Assembly: GCA_005879675.1 (NCBI GenBank)
Contig: VBJE01000214.1
Coordinates: 1 to 35,933 of the forward strand
Direction: 5' to 3'
Length of the DNA: 35,933 nucleotides
From: Chloroflexota bacterium
GTDB taxonomy: Bacteria; Chloroflexota; Dormibacteria; Dormibacterales; Dormibacteraceae
Within the stretch, counting starts at the first letter, position 1. Every line of letters begins with the position of its first letter. Under the pieces are notes generated by a model. The model ran no database searches. It was given only the letters and a program-made list of their open reading frames with translations, and had not been told where the DNA came from. The position numbers and the translations under genes were made by a program. Shown here piece after piece: positions 16,001-24,500 of this stretch.

Positions 16001-17476
16001 TCAGGCAAGCAGGAGCTGGGCCAGGTAGACGACCGCACCGACGGCCATCACCGCGGTCGCCGCCCATGTCAGCGTCAGGCTCAAGCGACCGCTTCGACGC
16101 CGGCCCATGACCTTGTGGTCCGACCCGAGCAGCACGATCAGCACCATCAACGGCACGGCGACGATGCCGTTGATGATGGCGGCGATGAACAGGGCGCGGA
16201 TCGGGTCGACCTTGAGCAGGTTGATGGCCAGGCCCGCAAGGGTGGCCACGACGATGATGCCGTAGAAGGTCGGCCGGTGCCAGGGCTTGTCCGAAAGCGT
16301 GCCCCTGAACCCGAAGAAATCCTTGACCGCGTACGCGGCCGACCCGGTGAGGATCGGCATCGCGAGCAACCCGGTCCCGATCATCCCGCCCGCGAAGAGC
16401 ACGAAGGCAAACGGACCCGCCAACGGGGCCAGCGCCTGCGCCGCCTGGTCCGCCGACTGGATGTCGGTCTTGCCGTGCGCGTGCAGGACCGCGGCGGCGG
16501 TCAGCATGATGAAGTACATCACGAGGTTCGAGAAGAACATGCCGATGAGGATGTCGGTGCGCGCCTCTCGAAGCTCGGCGAGGTTCACCCCGCGCCTCTC
16601 CCTCTCCGTCAGCTTCCCCGCGGCGCGCATCTCGTCGACCTCGGACGAGGCCTGCCAGAAAAACAGGTAAGGGGAGATCGTCGTGCCGAAGATCGCGACC
16701 AGCGCGGCGATGAACTCCTTCTTGAGCTCGATGTGCGGCACGACGCTGGCGACCACGACCTCGCGCAGGTCTGGGTGGACGACAAACCCCGTGATGACGT
16801 AGGCGAAGAGGACGAGCGTGAGCCACTTGAAGATCTTGAAAATCGCCGCGTACGTGAAGAACAGCTGGAACCCGACTATCACGACGGCCACGGGCACCAG
16901 GAGCCAGAGCCGCGGGATGATCCCGCGCGACAGCATCGAGCCGCCGGCGGCGACAGCGCCCAGGTCGGCGCCGACGTTGATGGTGTTGGCGACGAACAGG
17001 GCGGCCACGCAGAGGCCGACCATCCAACGGGGAAACTTTCGCTTCAGCGACGTCCCGAGGCCGACCCCGGTCTCGAGCGCGATGCGGGCGCAGAGCTCCT
17101 GGACCGCGGCCATGAGGGGGAACGTGAACACCGCGGTCCATAGCAGCCCGTAACCGAACTGGCTCCCGACCTGGGAGTAGGTCCCGATTCCGCTCGGATC
17201 GTCGTCGCTCGCGCCCGTGATCAGCCCCGGTCCGAGCATCTGCAGGAGCCCGAGCGGCCCCTTGCGCCCGGCTTCGTCGACCGCGGTCCGTCCCGCAACC
17301 GGGGTGCCGGTGGCGGCCTGGTCCGGGCCGCTCGAGCCGCCCTTCAGCAGCTCGTCCGGCGCTGGCTCAGTGTCCGGGCCGGGTGGCACGACCCTGAGCA
17401 GCGGATCGCGAATGCCGCCGTCGGGTGGCCGGACGCCCTCGCCTTCGGACTCCGGCCGCGGCCGCCTACGCTTCAC
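16001..17476 (-). CDS. NRAMP-family divalent metal transporter
   Basis: [32 protein letters not shown] plus about 11 TM segments. GTG start at 17476 with a long, Pro-rich cytoplasmic N-terminus. Confidence 0.85.
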   Translation of the reverse strand: MKRRRPRPESEGEGVRPPDGGIRDPLLRVVPPGPDTEPAPDELLKGGSSGPDQAATGTPVAGRTAVDEAGRKGPLGLLQMLGPGLITGASDDDPSGIGTYSQVGSQFGYGLLWTAVFTFPLMAAVQELCARIALETGVGLGTSLKRKFPRWMVGLCVAALFVANTINVGADLGAVAAGGSMLSRGIIPRLWLLVPVAVVIVGFQLFFTYAAIFKIFKWLTLVLFAYVITGFVVHPDLREVVVASVVPHIELKKEFIAALVAIFGTTISPYLFFWQASSEVDEMRAAGKLTERERRGVNLAELREARTDILIGMFFSNLVMYFIMLTAAAVLHAHGKTDIQSADQAAQALAPLAGPFAFVLFAGGMIGTGLLAMPILTGSAAYAVKDFFGFRGTLSDKPWHRPTFYGIIVVATLAGLAINLLKVDPIRALFIAAIINGIVAVPLMVLIVLLGSDHKVMGRRRSGRLSLTLTWAATAVMAVGAVVYLAQLLLA

Positions 17477-17552
17477 AATCGGGAAACGCCGGATCGGGCC
17501 CGGTTCGACGCCCGCGGCAAAGAACTCAGATGGCCGAAGCGTTTTCTAAGGG

Positions 17553-18110
17553 ATGGAGCTGCCCGCCCTCGAGCCGCCGCGGATCCTCCCTGAGACGGTC
17601 GACCGGCGCCTGTATCGGCTGATCCACGGGCTCCCCCACTCGCCGCTGGGCGACAAGTACGTATCCACCCTTTCCGACCTCGGCGAGGGGCTTGGATGGG
17701 TGGCGGCCGGGGCCGCGCTCGCATGGCTCGGCGGCGCGAAAGGGCGCCGCGCCGGCCTGGCCGCCGCAATCGCATCGCTGGGTACCACCTACGTCGTGCA
17801 GCGCCTCGTCAAGCCCGTGTTCAGGCGCCGGCGTCCGTGGGTCGAACGCGACGTCCTGGTGGTCGGAATCAGGACGACCGACGCGTCGTTTCCGTCGGGG
17901 CACTCGGCGTCGTCATTCGCCGCCGCCACCACGCTCGCGACTTTCTATCCGCAGGCCGCCCCGCTCGTCTTCGCGCTGGCGACCGGCGTGGCCCTGTCGC
18001 GTGTCCACCTCGGTCATCACTTCCCGAGCGACGTCGCGGCCGGCGGGCTTCTCGGCGTGGCGAGCGGAACCGCCGTGGCCTGGATGCTCAGGACGGCGAA
18101 GGCGATCTAG
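17553..18110 (+). CDS. PAP2 family phosphatase
   Basis: All three PAP2 motifs are present: KPVFRRRRP, PSGH, SRVHLGHHFPSD. Confidence 0.85.
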   Translation: MELPALEPPRILPETVDRRLYRLIHGLPHSPLGDKYVSTLSDLGEGLGWVAAGAALAWLGGAKGRRAGLAAAIASLGTTYVVQRLVKPVFRRRRPWVERDVLVVGIRTTDASFPSGHSASSFAAATTLATFYPQAAPLVFALATGVALSRVHLGHHFPSDVAAGGLLGVASGTAVAWMLRTAKAI

Positions 18111-18119
18111 CCCAAACAC

Positions 18120-18159
18120 AAAAAAAGATGGAGGGCTCGGCCATTGCTGGCCAAGCTCC
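18120..18159 (-). terminator. intrinsic-terminator-like hairpin oriented for minus-strand transcripts
   Basis: The minus strand reads ggagcttggcc-agcaat-ggccgagccctcc, followed directly by atcttttttt (seven T, equal to A7 at 18120-18126 on the plus strand). On the plus strand the hairpin has no downstream U tract. Confidence 0.45.
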
Positions 18160-18331
18160 CCCACCTCGTTAACGGGTCAGCGCGCACAAATACCGACGAT
18201 TTGTTGGCGCCGCGGGTAGAAAAACCCCGATGTGAGCCGTCAAATCGACTGTCCACGGTGCCGGCGCGCGAGTAAGCCTCGAGCTCTCGGACGTTTTTTT
18301 CGTAGCGGATTTCTGGGCTCTGGAGGTTTTG

Positions 18332-18751
18332 ATGGCGAAAACAGTTCGCGACGTCATGACGCGCGACCCGGTGGCGTTGAGCTCCGACTCGTCGGTGATC
18401 GACGCCGCGAAGGCGATGAAGGACATGCGCATCGGATCGGTCGTGGTGATGGAGAAGGACAAGCCGTGCGGCATCGTCACGGACAGGGACATCACGGTAC
18501 GAGCGGTCGCGACCGGCAGCGACCCCGCCAGGACCAAGCTGGGCGACATCTGCAGCCATGACCTTGCGGCGGTGCGACCTGATCAGTCGATCGACGACGC
18601 GATGCAGGTGATGAAGTCCCATGACGTCAAGCGCGTGGTGGTGATGAGCGACAGCAAGCTCGAGGGCATCCTGTCCCTGGGCGACCTGTCCAGGCGGGGC
18701 GAAGGCGAAGACGTGCAGGAGGACATCAGCCGGGCCGAGCCGAACAGCTAG
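18332..18751 (+). CDS. CBS-pair domain protein
   Basis: ATG 18332 preceded by GGAGG. Two CBS repeats (VRDVMTRDPVAL...GIVTDRDI and ICSHDLAAVRPD...GILSLGDL). Confidence 0.85.
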   Translation: MAKTVRDVMTRDPVALSSDSSVIDAAKAMKDMRIGSVVVMEKDKPCGIVTDRDITVRAVATGSDPARTKLGDICSHDLAAVRPDQSIDDAMQVMKSHDVKRVVVMSDSKLEGILSLGDLSRRGEGEDVQEDISRAEPNS

Positions 18752-18764
18752 CCGGGGAGGTCGC

Positions 18765-19268
18765 TCAGCCGCTATCCGGTCGAGGCCGCCCTTTCTTCTC
18801 GACGGGGGCTTCGACCGGGGCCGCCTCCATGGCGCCCGCGGCGCCCATGATCGCCTCGGCGTCGGCCAGCCGCGGTCCGGCGACCGTGACGAGGAACCGG
18901 CCCGACTCGACCTCCTGGTCGTAGAAGAGCGCACGGTCGCCCGACGCCGCCATGCTCAGGAGCCCACCCGCGAGCCCGCCCGTGGCCGCCCCGGCGACCG
19001 CCGCAAACAGGAAGGTGAACAGGACGTTGCCCGGTACAAGCGGTTTGACCCCGGGCACCATCCCGGTGACGATCGCGCCGACGAGCGCCCCCAGCAGGGT
19101 GCCCACGACGATCCCCGTCAGGACCTTGAGGCCGTAGTGGCCCCGCCGGGCGATCCGGGGCGTGGCGAGCGAGACCTGGTCCGGTCCGAAGCCCGCCTCC
19201 TCGAGTTTTCGAAGGGCTAGCTCGGCTTCCGGGCGGCTCCTGAACAGGCCGGCGACGGTGTCTGGCAT
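18765..19268 (-). CDS. general-stress-type membrane protein (YflT/DUF1269-like ends, glycine-zipper TM core)
   Basis: The N-terminal VAGLFRSRPEAELALRKLEEAGF and C-terminal ALFYDQEVESGRFLVTV flank Gly-rich TM segments. The family assignment is from memory only. Confidence 0.55.
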   Translation of the reverse strand: MPDTVAGLFRSRPEAELALRKLEEAGFGPDQVSLATPRIARRGHYGLKVLTGIVVGTLLGALVGAIVTGMVPGVKPLVPGNVLFTFLFAAVAGAATGGLAGGLLSMAASGDRALFYDQEVESGRFLVTVAGPRLADAEAIMGAAGAMEAAPVEAPVEKKGRPRPDSG

Positions 19269-19312
19269 TTACATAGGTAACGCCTACCGGCACCGCCTAT
19301 CCTGTTTCGGCC

Positions 19313-19789
19313 ATGGCCATCCGCTCCGAGCTCGCGGGCTACAGCACAGCCGAAGCGCGGCGCGCCCTGGAGGGCCTGCCCCGGTGCGACTACGAGGTGG
19401 TGATCAAGCCGCTGCGCTATCGCTGGGGACCCCACCTGGCCGCCCGGTGCGAGTTCGACGACCGCCGGATCGTCCTCCAGGTCCCGATTCCGTTCCGCGC
19501 CTTCAAGGAGCCGGTCATCTATGCCGCGCGGCGCAAGCGCGGCGTGGGGATGCGTTTCGCCTGGGCTTCGGAGACAGTCCCATTCCGCAGCCGGCGCGAC
19601 GTGCTGAGGTTTCTCTACTGCCACGAGTGGATGCACTGGTACCTCCACGAGGTCCTCGGCAAGGGAGCCGCCGCCGAGACGGCATGCGATCGGTTTGCCC
19701 TCCGCAACTTTCGCCGCCGCTATGTCACGAGCGACGACGCCGACGCCGCGCTCAGGCGGCGGACGCTGAAGGCACGCGCGTCGGGCTGA
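19313..19789 (+). CDS. hypothetical protein with HExxH motif
   Basis: G/C-rich third positions throughout. The only recognisable motif is CHEWMHWYLHE (HExxH followed by HE). The 3' end overlaps the convergent DUF72 gene by 38 nt. Confidence 0.55.
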   Translation: MAIRSELAGYSTAEARRALEGLPRCDYEVVIKPLRYRWGPHLAARCEFDDRRIVLQVPIPFRAFKEPVIYAARRKRGVGMRFAWASETVPFRSRRDVLRFLYCHEWMHWYLHEVLGKGAAAETACDRFALRNFRRRYVTSDDADAALRRRTLKARASG

Positions 19790-20513
19790 GGCCGGCCGCG
19801 GCCGCGAGCTCCGCGAACGCGGTCGCGTCCCGGATCGCGTAACCCGCCGCGTCATTGTTGAAGTACACGTAGACGTCTTCGTTGCGCGACCACGTCTCCG
19901 CGACGCGCTCGACCCATCGCCGAAGGACGTCGCGCTCGTATCCCGGCGCGTGCGCTCCCTTGCCCTCGTGGAAGCGGACAAACCCCCAGCCGGCGGTCCG
20001 CCACATGGCCTGCTTCCTGCGCGGGGAGTCCGCAAGACACAGGGCGACGCCGCGCCGCTCGAGCACATCCGCGGTGTCGCGCACAAACCAGCTCTCGTCG
20101 CGGAACTCGACCGCGACGCGTAACGATGGGCCCAACAGCTCGAGCGTTCTATCGAGCCGCTCCAGGTTCGCGGAGAAACGCGGCGGCAGCTGGATGAGGA
20201 CCGGGCCGAGCTTCTTGCCCAACGCCCGGGCGCGGTCCATGAAGCGATCCACCGGCTCGGCCGGCTCGCGCAGACGCTTGAGGTGCGTGAGAAACCGGCT
20301 CATCTTCAGCGCGAAGATGAAGTCGGGCGGCGCCGCCTTCCTCCAGCTCTCGAACACCGACTTCTCGGGCAGGTTGTAGAAGGTGTTGTTGACCTCCACC
20401 GTCTGGAAGCGCTCGGCGAAGTACGGCAGCCACAGTCGCTGGGGAAGCTTCTCCGGATAGAAGACGCGCCTCCAGTGCGCGTACTGCCAACCCGAAGTGC
20501 CTACATACAGCAC
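19752..20513 (-). CDS. DUF72 (YecE-like) family protein
   Basis: YVGTSGWQYAHW..VFYP, FQTVEVNNTFY, LGPVLIQLPP and VYFNND are the DUF72 signature blocks. GTG start at 20513, 4 nt after the upstream stop. Confidence 0.85.
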   Translation of the reverse strand: MLYVGTSGWQYAHWRRVFYPEKLPQRLWLPYFAERFQTVEVNNTFYNLPEKSVFESWRKAAPPDFIFALKMSRFLTHLKRLREPAEPVDRFMDRARALGKKLGPVLIQLPPRFSANLERLDRTLELLGPSLRVAVEFRDESWFVRDTADVLERRGVALCLADSPRRKQAMWRTAGWGFVRFHEGKGAHAPGYERDVLRRWVERVAETWSRNEDVYVYFNNDAAGYAIRDATAFAELAAAAGLSPTRVPSASAA

Positions 20514-20517
20514 CGCT

Positions 20518-20895
20518 CTATGAAAACGCTTCGGCCTCGCTCTTGCGCAGCAGGACGATGACGGCGATGGGCAGCGCGACGTTGACCATCAGCGAAACGG
20601 GGCCACCGTTGAACCCGATCGGCAGCAGGAGCAGAACGGCCGAGCCGAACAGGCAGACGACCTCGAGCGCGACCGCCAGGCCGCGCGCGCGGCGCCGGCG
20701 CCACAGGACGCCGATGCCGACCAGCAAGGTTGCGAGCGCGAGCAGCATCGTGGCCACGGAGAGCGCGGCCATGAAGACCTCGCCGCCGAGCACGAAGGGC
20801 GCAGCGGAGACGCCGGCGATGAGCCAGAACAGGCCCTGCATCAGCAGGAGCACGAAGGCGGCCTCGGGGCGGGATGAGCTTTCATGCCTGATCAA
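20518..20895 (-). CDS. four-TM membrane protein, function unknown
   Basis: Four hydrophobic segments. It overlaps the upstream gene by 14 nt and lies in the same operon as the two-component system. Confidence 0.55.
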   Translation of the reverse strand: MIRHESSSRPEAAFVLLLMQGLFWLIAGVSAAPFVLGGEVFMAALSVATMLLALATLLVGIGVLWRRRRARGLAVALEVVCLFGSAVLLLLPIGFNGGPVSLMVNVALPIAVIVLLRKSEAEAFS

Positions 20896-21958
20896 TTTTT
20901 CTCACCAGCTTTTCATCGAAATCGACCGCGAACCGGCCGCTGGGGTTGTCGACGATCCAGACGTGCAGCATCGCCGGGGTGGTGATGGCTATCGCGCCGA
21001 GCGGGCACGTCGCGGTGGGCGTCATGAGGCTGAACTCGAAGCCCAGCGGCGTGAAGCAGATGTTTTCGTGCTGATGCCACGCCGTGACCGGGCCGCCGGG
21101 ATCGGGCCCGAACTCGCCGATGCGCTTCATCTGAAACATGGCGCCGAGGAGCTGAGGACCGTGCTTCGTGTTGGCGTAGACCAGGCCCTGAGGGTGCCTC
21201 GGATCCAGGACGTAGCCCGCGTCGACGTAGCGCTGGTTCATCCAGTGCGTGGACGGCATCGTCTGCGAGCCGCCGGGCCGGTACCCATCGGCCCATGCCT
21301 TGCGCCAGTCGCGGTACGGCGCGATCGCAGAGGACGTGTCGTTGTACAGCTTCTGGGCCGCGGCCTCCTGCCCGGGCGTTGCCACCTCGTTGGTCGCCTG
21401 CAGCAGCGCGCCGGCGTGCGCGTGCCGTTCGTCGGGCCGCGCGAGCGCGTCGATCCACACCACCGCGACCGTCATCACGGTCAGGACCGGGATGGCAACA
21501 CCCAGGGTGCGCCATCGCAGCTTTCGCCGCGACGTCTCGCCGCGAACCGGGACGAGGACGAGCGCCAACGCCAGGAGCTCGATGAGCTTGGTCGCGATCG
21601 CGACCTGGTCAGGACCATCGAAGCCGAGGACGATGTAGACGAGATATCCAAGCAGCGTGCCCGCGATCAGCGCCGCTGAGGCTGGCCGCCACCACCGCCA
21701 GGTGAACAGCTGCGAGAGGGCAAGGTAGGCGATCCCGTTGAGGACGAACAGCACGGCGGTGACGCCCTCTTCGAGGTGGGTCCATACAAGTCCGAGATGG
21801 ATGGCGCCTGAGGTCGCCATCAGGACGCTCGCCCCCAGCACCGTGCCAGGCACCCGGCTCGCCGCCGCGTGCCGGAACTTCAGGGCGAGAACGGCGAACG
21901 GTAAGGCGAGGAGACCCGCGTATAGACCGACTGCGTGATCCGGCGCGATGTCGAACAT
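20882..21958 (-). CDS. membrane protein with His/Trp-rich extracytoplasmic C-terminal domain, function unknown
   Basis: ORF 20882..22318 trimmed to ATG 21958 (MFDIAPDH), because the upstream part overlaps the kinase gene. About five TM segments are followed by a ~190-aa soluble domain carrying HAHAG, STHWMNQ, WHQHENICF and TATCPLG. Confidence 0.6.
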   Translation of the reverse strand: MFDIAPDHAVGLYAGLLALPFAVLALKFRHAAASRVPGTVLGASVLMATSGAIHLGLVWTHLEEGVTAVLFVLNGIAYLALSQLFTWRWWRPASAALIAGTLLGYLVYIVLGFDGPDQVAIATKLIELLALALVLVPVRGETSRRKLRWRTLGVAIPVLTVMTVAVVWIDALARPDERHAHAGALLQATNEVATPGQEAAAQKLYNDTSSAIAPYRDWRKAWADGYRPGGSQTMPSTHWMNQRYVDAGYVLDPRHPQGLVYANTKHGPQLLGAMFQMKRIGEFGPDPGGPVTAWHQHENICFTPLGFEFSLMTPTATCPLGAIAITTPAMLHVWIVDNPSGRFAVDFDEKLVRKIDQA

Positions 21959-21980
21959 GCCCCGAGCGTGGCGGCCCTGG

Positions 21981-23315
21981 TTAAGAAGGGCGTAAGAGCG
22001 GGAGGTCGACGAGGAATGCCGCGCCGCCGATTGTCGCGTCGCCGGCGACGATGCGGCCGCCGTGCTGCTCGGCGATCCAACGTGCGATCGACAGGCCGAG
22101 ACCGGCGTGCGAGCCCTCGCGCGACTGCTCCACGCGGTAGAACCGCTCGAAGATTCGCTCCCGGTCGCGAGCCGGAACGCCGGGACCGTCGTCGGCCACC
22201 GTGAGGCGAGCCCAGCCCGAGTCTGTGGACAGCCGGAGCTCGACGGTCGAAGCCGCGTGGCGAAACGCGTTGTCGAGGAGGATCCAGACGAGCTGGCGGA
22301 TCGCGTCCTCATCGCCATCCAGGGCGGCAGGTCCCGCGGCGACGTTCAGCTTCTGGCGCGGATGCAGGGCCGCCGCCTGCCGGCCGACCTCTTCCACCAA
22401 AGCCTTCAGTTCCACGGGCGCCCGGGCGAGGCGCGTTCCCGAGTCGGCGCGGGCGAGGGTCAGCAGGCGGTCGACGAGCCTGGCCATGCGGCCGCTCTCC
22501 TGGACGACGTCCGCGGCAGCGGCCTGGCGCACCTCCTCGCTGACCTGCTTCGCGGCCAGCAGACCCGCGTTGCCCTGGATGGTCGTGAGCGGCGTGCGCA
22601 GCTCGTGCGACGCATCGGAGACGAACTGCTTCTGCGACTCGTACGCCTCCTGAAGGCGGTTCAGCATGCCGTTGAAGCTCGACGCCAGCGCGGCCACCTC
22701 GTCGCGACTCCGCGGCACGGGCAGCCGCCGCGCGAAATCCCGTTTGCGGCCGATGTCTTCGGCGGCGACGGCGACGGCATGGAGCGGCGCGAGGGCGCGG
22801 CCCGCGACCAGCCACGAAGCGATGAGGGCCGCGATCAGCGCCGGGACCGCGGACACGACCAGGAAGACGACGACGCCCGACAGGTTCGACTGCGGCACGC
22901 GCGTGGACTGGCCGGCCACGATGTAGCCGCCCGCGTACGGAGACGCGTACATGCGCAGCGAGCCCTGGGTCGTGAAGGCTCCGTTGTGCCGCGTCGCGTC
23001 GTCGAGGAGGGTCCGCGGTGCCGAGGGCGGGCGGCCGTCGAGGGTGGCCGTCGTGTACAGGACGGATCCGTCGGACGCGAGCAGCTCGACGTAGAGGTCG
23101 TCGCTCTTGTTGAGATTCGCCGCGGCGACCGGGCTTTGCGACGGGGGAAGACCATGCAGCGCCGAGGCGGCGTCGCGCGCTCGCGCCCGCAGCGCGTCGT
23201 CCTGGTTGCTGACGACGCCGCGCGCCAGCAGCGCGTAAAGGAGCAATCCGAAAACCGCCAGCGCCAGGGCGACAACCCCCGCCCCGAAGAGGGCCAGCCG
23301 CAGGCGGAGCGGCAT
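21981..23315 (-). CDS. sensor histidine kinase (two TM, HAMP, HisKA, HATPase_c)
   Basis: H-box FVSDASHELRTPLTTIQG, an N-box (LDNAFRH), G1 (DDGPGV) and G2 (GLGLSIA). The start is immediately adjacent to the regulator stop (TAGATG). Confidence 0.9.
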   Translation of the reverse strand: MPLRLRLALFGAGVVALALAVFGLLLYALLARGVVSNQDDALRARARDAASALHGLPPSQSPVAAANLNKSDDLYVELLASDGSVLYTTATLDGRPPSAPRTLLDDATRHNGAFTTQGSLRMYASPYAGGYIVAGQSTRVPQSNLSGVVVFLVVSAVPALIAALIASWLVAGRALAPLHAVAVAAEDIGRKRDFARRLPVPRSRDEVAALASSFNGMLNRLQEAYESQKQFVSDASHELRTPLTTIQGNAGLLAAKQVSEEVRQAAAADVVQESGRMARLVDRLLTLARADSGTRLARAPVELKALVEEVGRQAAALHPRQKLNVAAGPAALDGDEDAIRQLVWILLDNAFRHAASTVELRLSTDSGWARLTVADDGPGVPARDRERIFERFYRVEQSREGSHAGLGLSIARWIAEQHGGRIVAGDATIGGAAFLVDLPLLRPS

Positions 23316-23972
23316 CTACTCGTGCAGCGAGTAGCCCGCGCCGCGCACGGTGTGGAGCAGCCGCGGTTCGCCCAGCTTCTGACGGAGATAGCCGACGTAG
23401 ACCGCGACCACGTTGTCGGACTCGGCCTCGCCGCTCCACACGGCATCGAGCAGCTGTTCCCGGGACAGGACCTGGCGCGGGTGGCGGAGGAAGTGCTCGA
23501 GCAGCTCGAACTCGGTCGCCGTCAGCTCGAGAGTGCGGTCGGAGCGCCACGCGGCGCGGCTCGCGGGCTCGAGCCGCACGTCGCCGAAGCGCAGGTGCTC
23601 GGAGGGTGCCGTCCGGCGCAGCAGGGCGCGAACGCGCGCGAGCAGCTCTTGATAGGCGAACGGCTTGACCAGGTAGTCATCGGCCCCCGAGTCGAGGCCT
23701 CGCACGCGCTCCTCGGTGCCGCCGAGCGCCGTGAGCAGGAGGATGGGCACCGAGCCGGTGGCGCGCAGGCGCTTGCACACCGCGATGCCGTCGAGGCCCG
23801 GCAGCATGATGTCGAGGACAACGAGGTCGAAAGGCCGCTTCTGAGCTCTGCGGAGGGCCTCGTTGCCGTCCCCGGCGACCTCGACGTCGTACGTCTCCGC
23901 GGCCAGGACACGATCCAGCGTCGCGGCGAGGCGCGGGTCGTCCTCCACGACCAGGATTCGCGAGCTGTCCAT
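23316..23972 (-). CDS. OmpR-family response regulator
   Basis: Receiver domain (ILVVEDD, LVVLDIMLPGLDG, DDYLVKPF) plus a winged-helix output domain (LTATEFELLEHFLRHPRQVLSREQLLDAVW...VYVGYLRQKL). Confidence 0.9.
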   Translation of the reverse strand: MDSSRILVVEDDPRLAATLDRVLAAETYDVEVAGDGNEALRRAQKRPFDLVVLDIMLPGLDGIAVCKRLRATGSVPILLLTALGGTEERVRGLDSGADDYLVKPFAYQELLARVRALLRRTAPSEHLRFGDVRLEPASRAAWRSDRTLELTATEFELLEHFLRHPRQVLSREQLLDAVWSGEAESDNVVAVYVGYLRQKLGEPRLLHTVRGAGYSLHE

Positions 23973-24078
23973 CGGGTCGATTTATAGACCTCGGGGTGTG
24001 AATTTCGTAAGAGATGTCGATTTCCGCCCCGCCGGTTCGTCGTCGTGGGTAGAAGCCAGACTCAAGGAGGAATCACAG

Positions 24079-24396
24079 ATGGCGAACTTCGTTCTTCTCT
24101 ACAGCGGCGGCAGCGCGGGCACGAACCCGGCGGAGCGCGAAAAGGTCATGCAGCAGTGGGGCGCATGGTTCGGCAAGCTCGGGGACAAGATCGTCGACGC
24201 GGGCAACCCGTTCGCCGAGCACGCCAAGAGCCTCTCGAACGGCTCGGTGCACGACGGCGCGGTCGGCACCCCGGCGACCGGCTACTCGATCCTGAAGGCC
24301 GACTCCCTCAACGCGGCGACCGAGCTCGCGAAGGGATGCCCGGTGCTGCAGTCGGGCGGCAAGATCACGGTCTACGAAGTCACCCCCGCGATGTAA
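24079..24396 (+). CDS. YciI-like (DGPF-type) small protein
   Basis: Tail of ORF 23863..24396 from ATG 24079, preceded by AAGGAGG. MANFVLLYSGG...MQQWGAWFGKLGDKIVDAGNPF...GYSILKADSLNAATELAKGCPVLQSGGKITVYE matches that family as I remember it. Confidence 0.65.
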   Translation: MANFVLLYSGGSAGTNPAEREKVMQQWGAWFGKLGDKIVDAGNPFAEHAKSLSNGSVHDGAVGTPATGYSILKADSLNAATELAKGCPVLQSGGKITVYEVTPAM

Positions 24397-24413
24397 TACA
24401 GGCTTAAGCCCCT

Positions 24414-24446
24414 CTCCCCAGCCCTCTCCCCGATGGGGAGAGGGAG
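24414..24446. repeat. REP-like palindromic element, copy 1
   Basis: ctccccagCCCTCTCCCCgatGGGGAGAGGGag, with a perfect 10-bp stem at 24422-24431 / 24435-24444. It is 32/33 identical to the reverse complement of 34557-34589. Confidence 0.8.
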
Positions 24447-24460
24447 CTCGCCGAGTCCAC

Positions 24461-24487
24461 AGCCCTCTCTCCGATGGGGAGAGCGAG
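24461..24487. repeat. REP-like palindromic element, degenerate copy 2
   Basis: agCCCTCTCTCCgatGGGGAGAGCGag. It has the same loop and arms as copy 1, with one G-U wobble pair and one mismatch in the stem. Confidence 0.6.
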
Positions 24488-24500
24488 CAATCGCTGAGGG

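Noticed and set aside
17477-17552. Possible Mn/metal riboswitch in front of the NRAMP transporter
   Set aside because: The spacer is only 76 nt, it is shared with the divergent PAP2 gene, and it shows no motif I recognise from yybP-ykoY or other metal riboswitches.
18251-18300. Plus-strand T7 run at 18294-18300 as a terminator or riboswitch expression platform upstream of the CBS gene
   Set aside because: I could not find a convincing stem immediately upstream. There is only a 4-bp gtcc/ggac closure and the self-complementary gagctc. It is more likely part of an AT-rich promoter region.
22062-23987. 641-aa plus-strand ORF (and 22309..23550 minus-frame ORF) over the kinase/regulator genes
   Set aside because: It is antisense or off-frame to the clearly motif-bearing HK and RR genes, and its composition is Arg/Gly/Asp/Val-rich shadow sequence.
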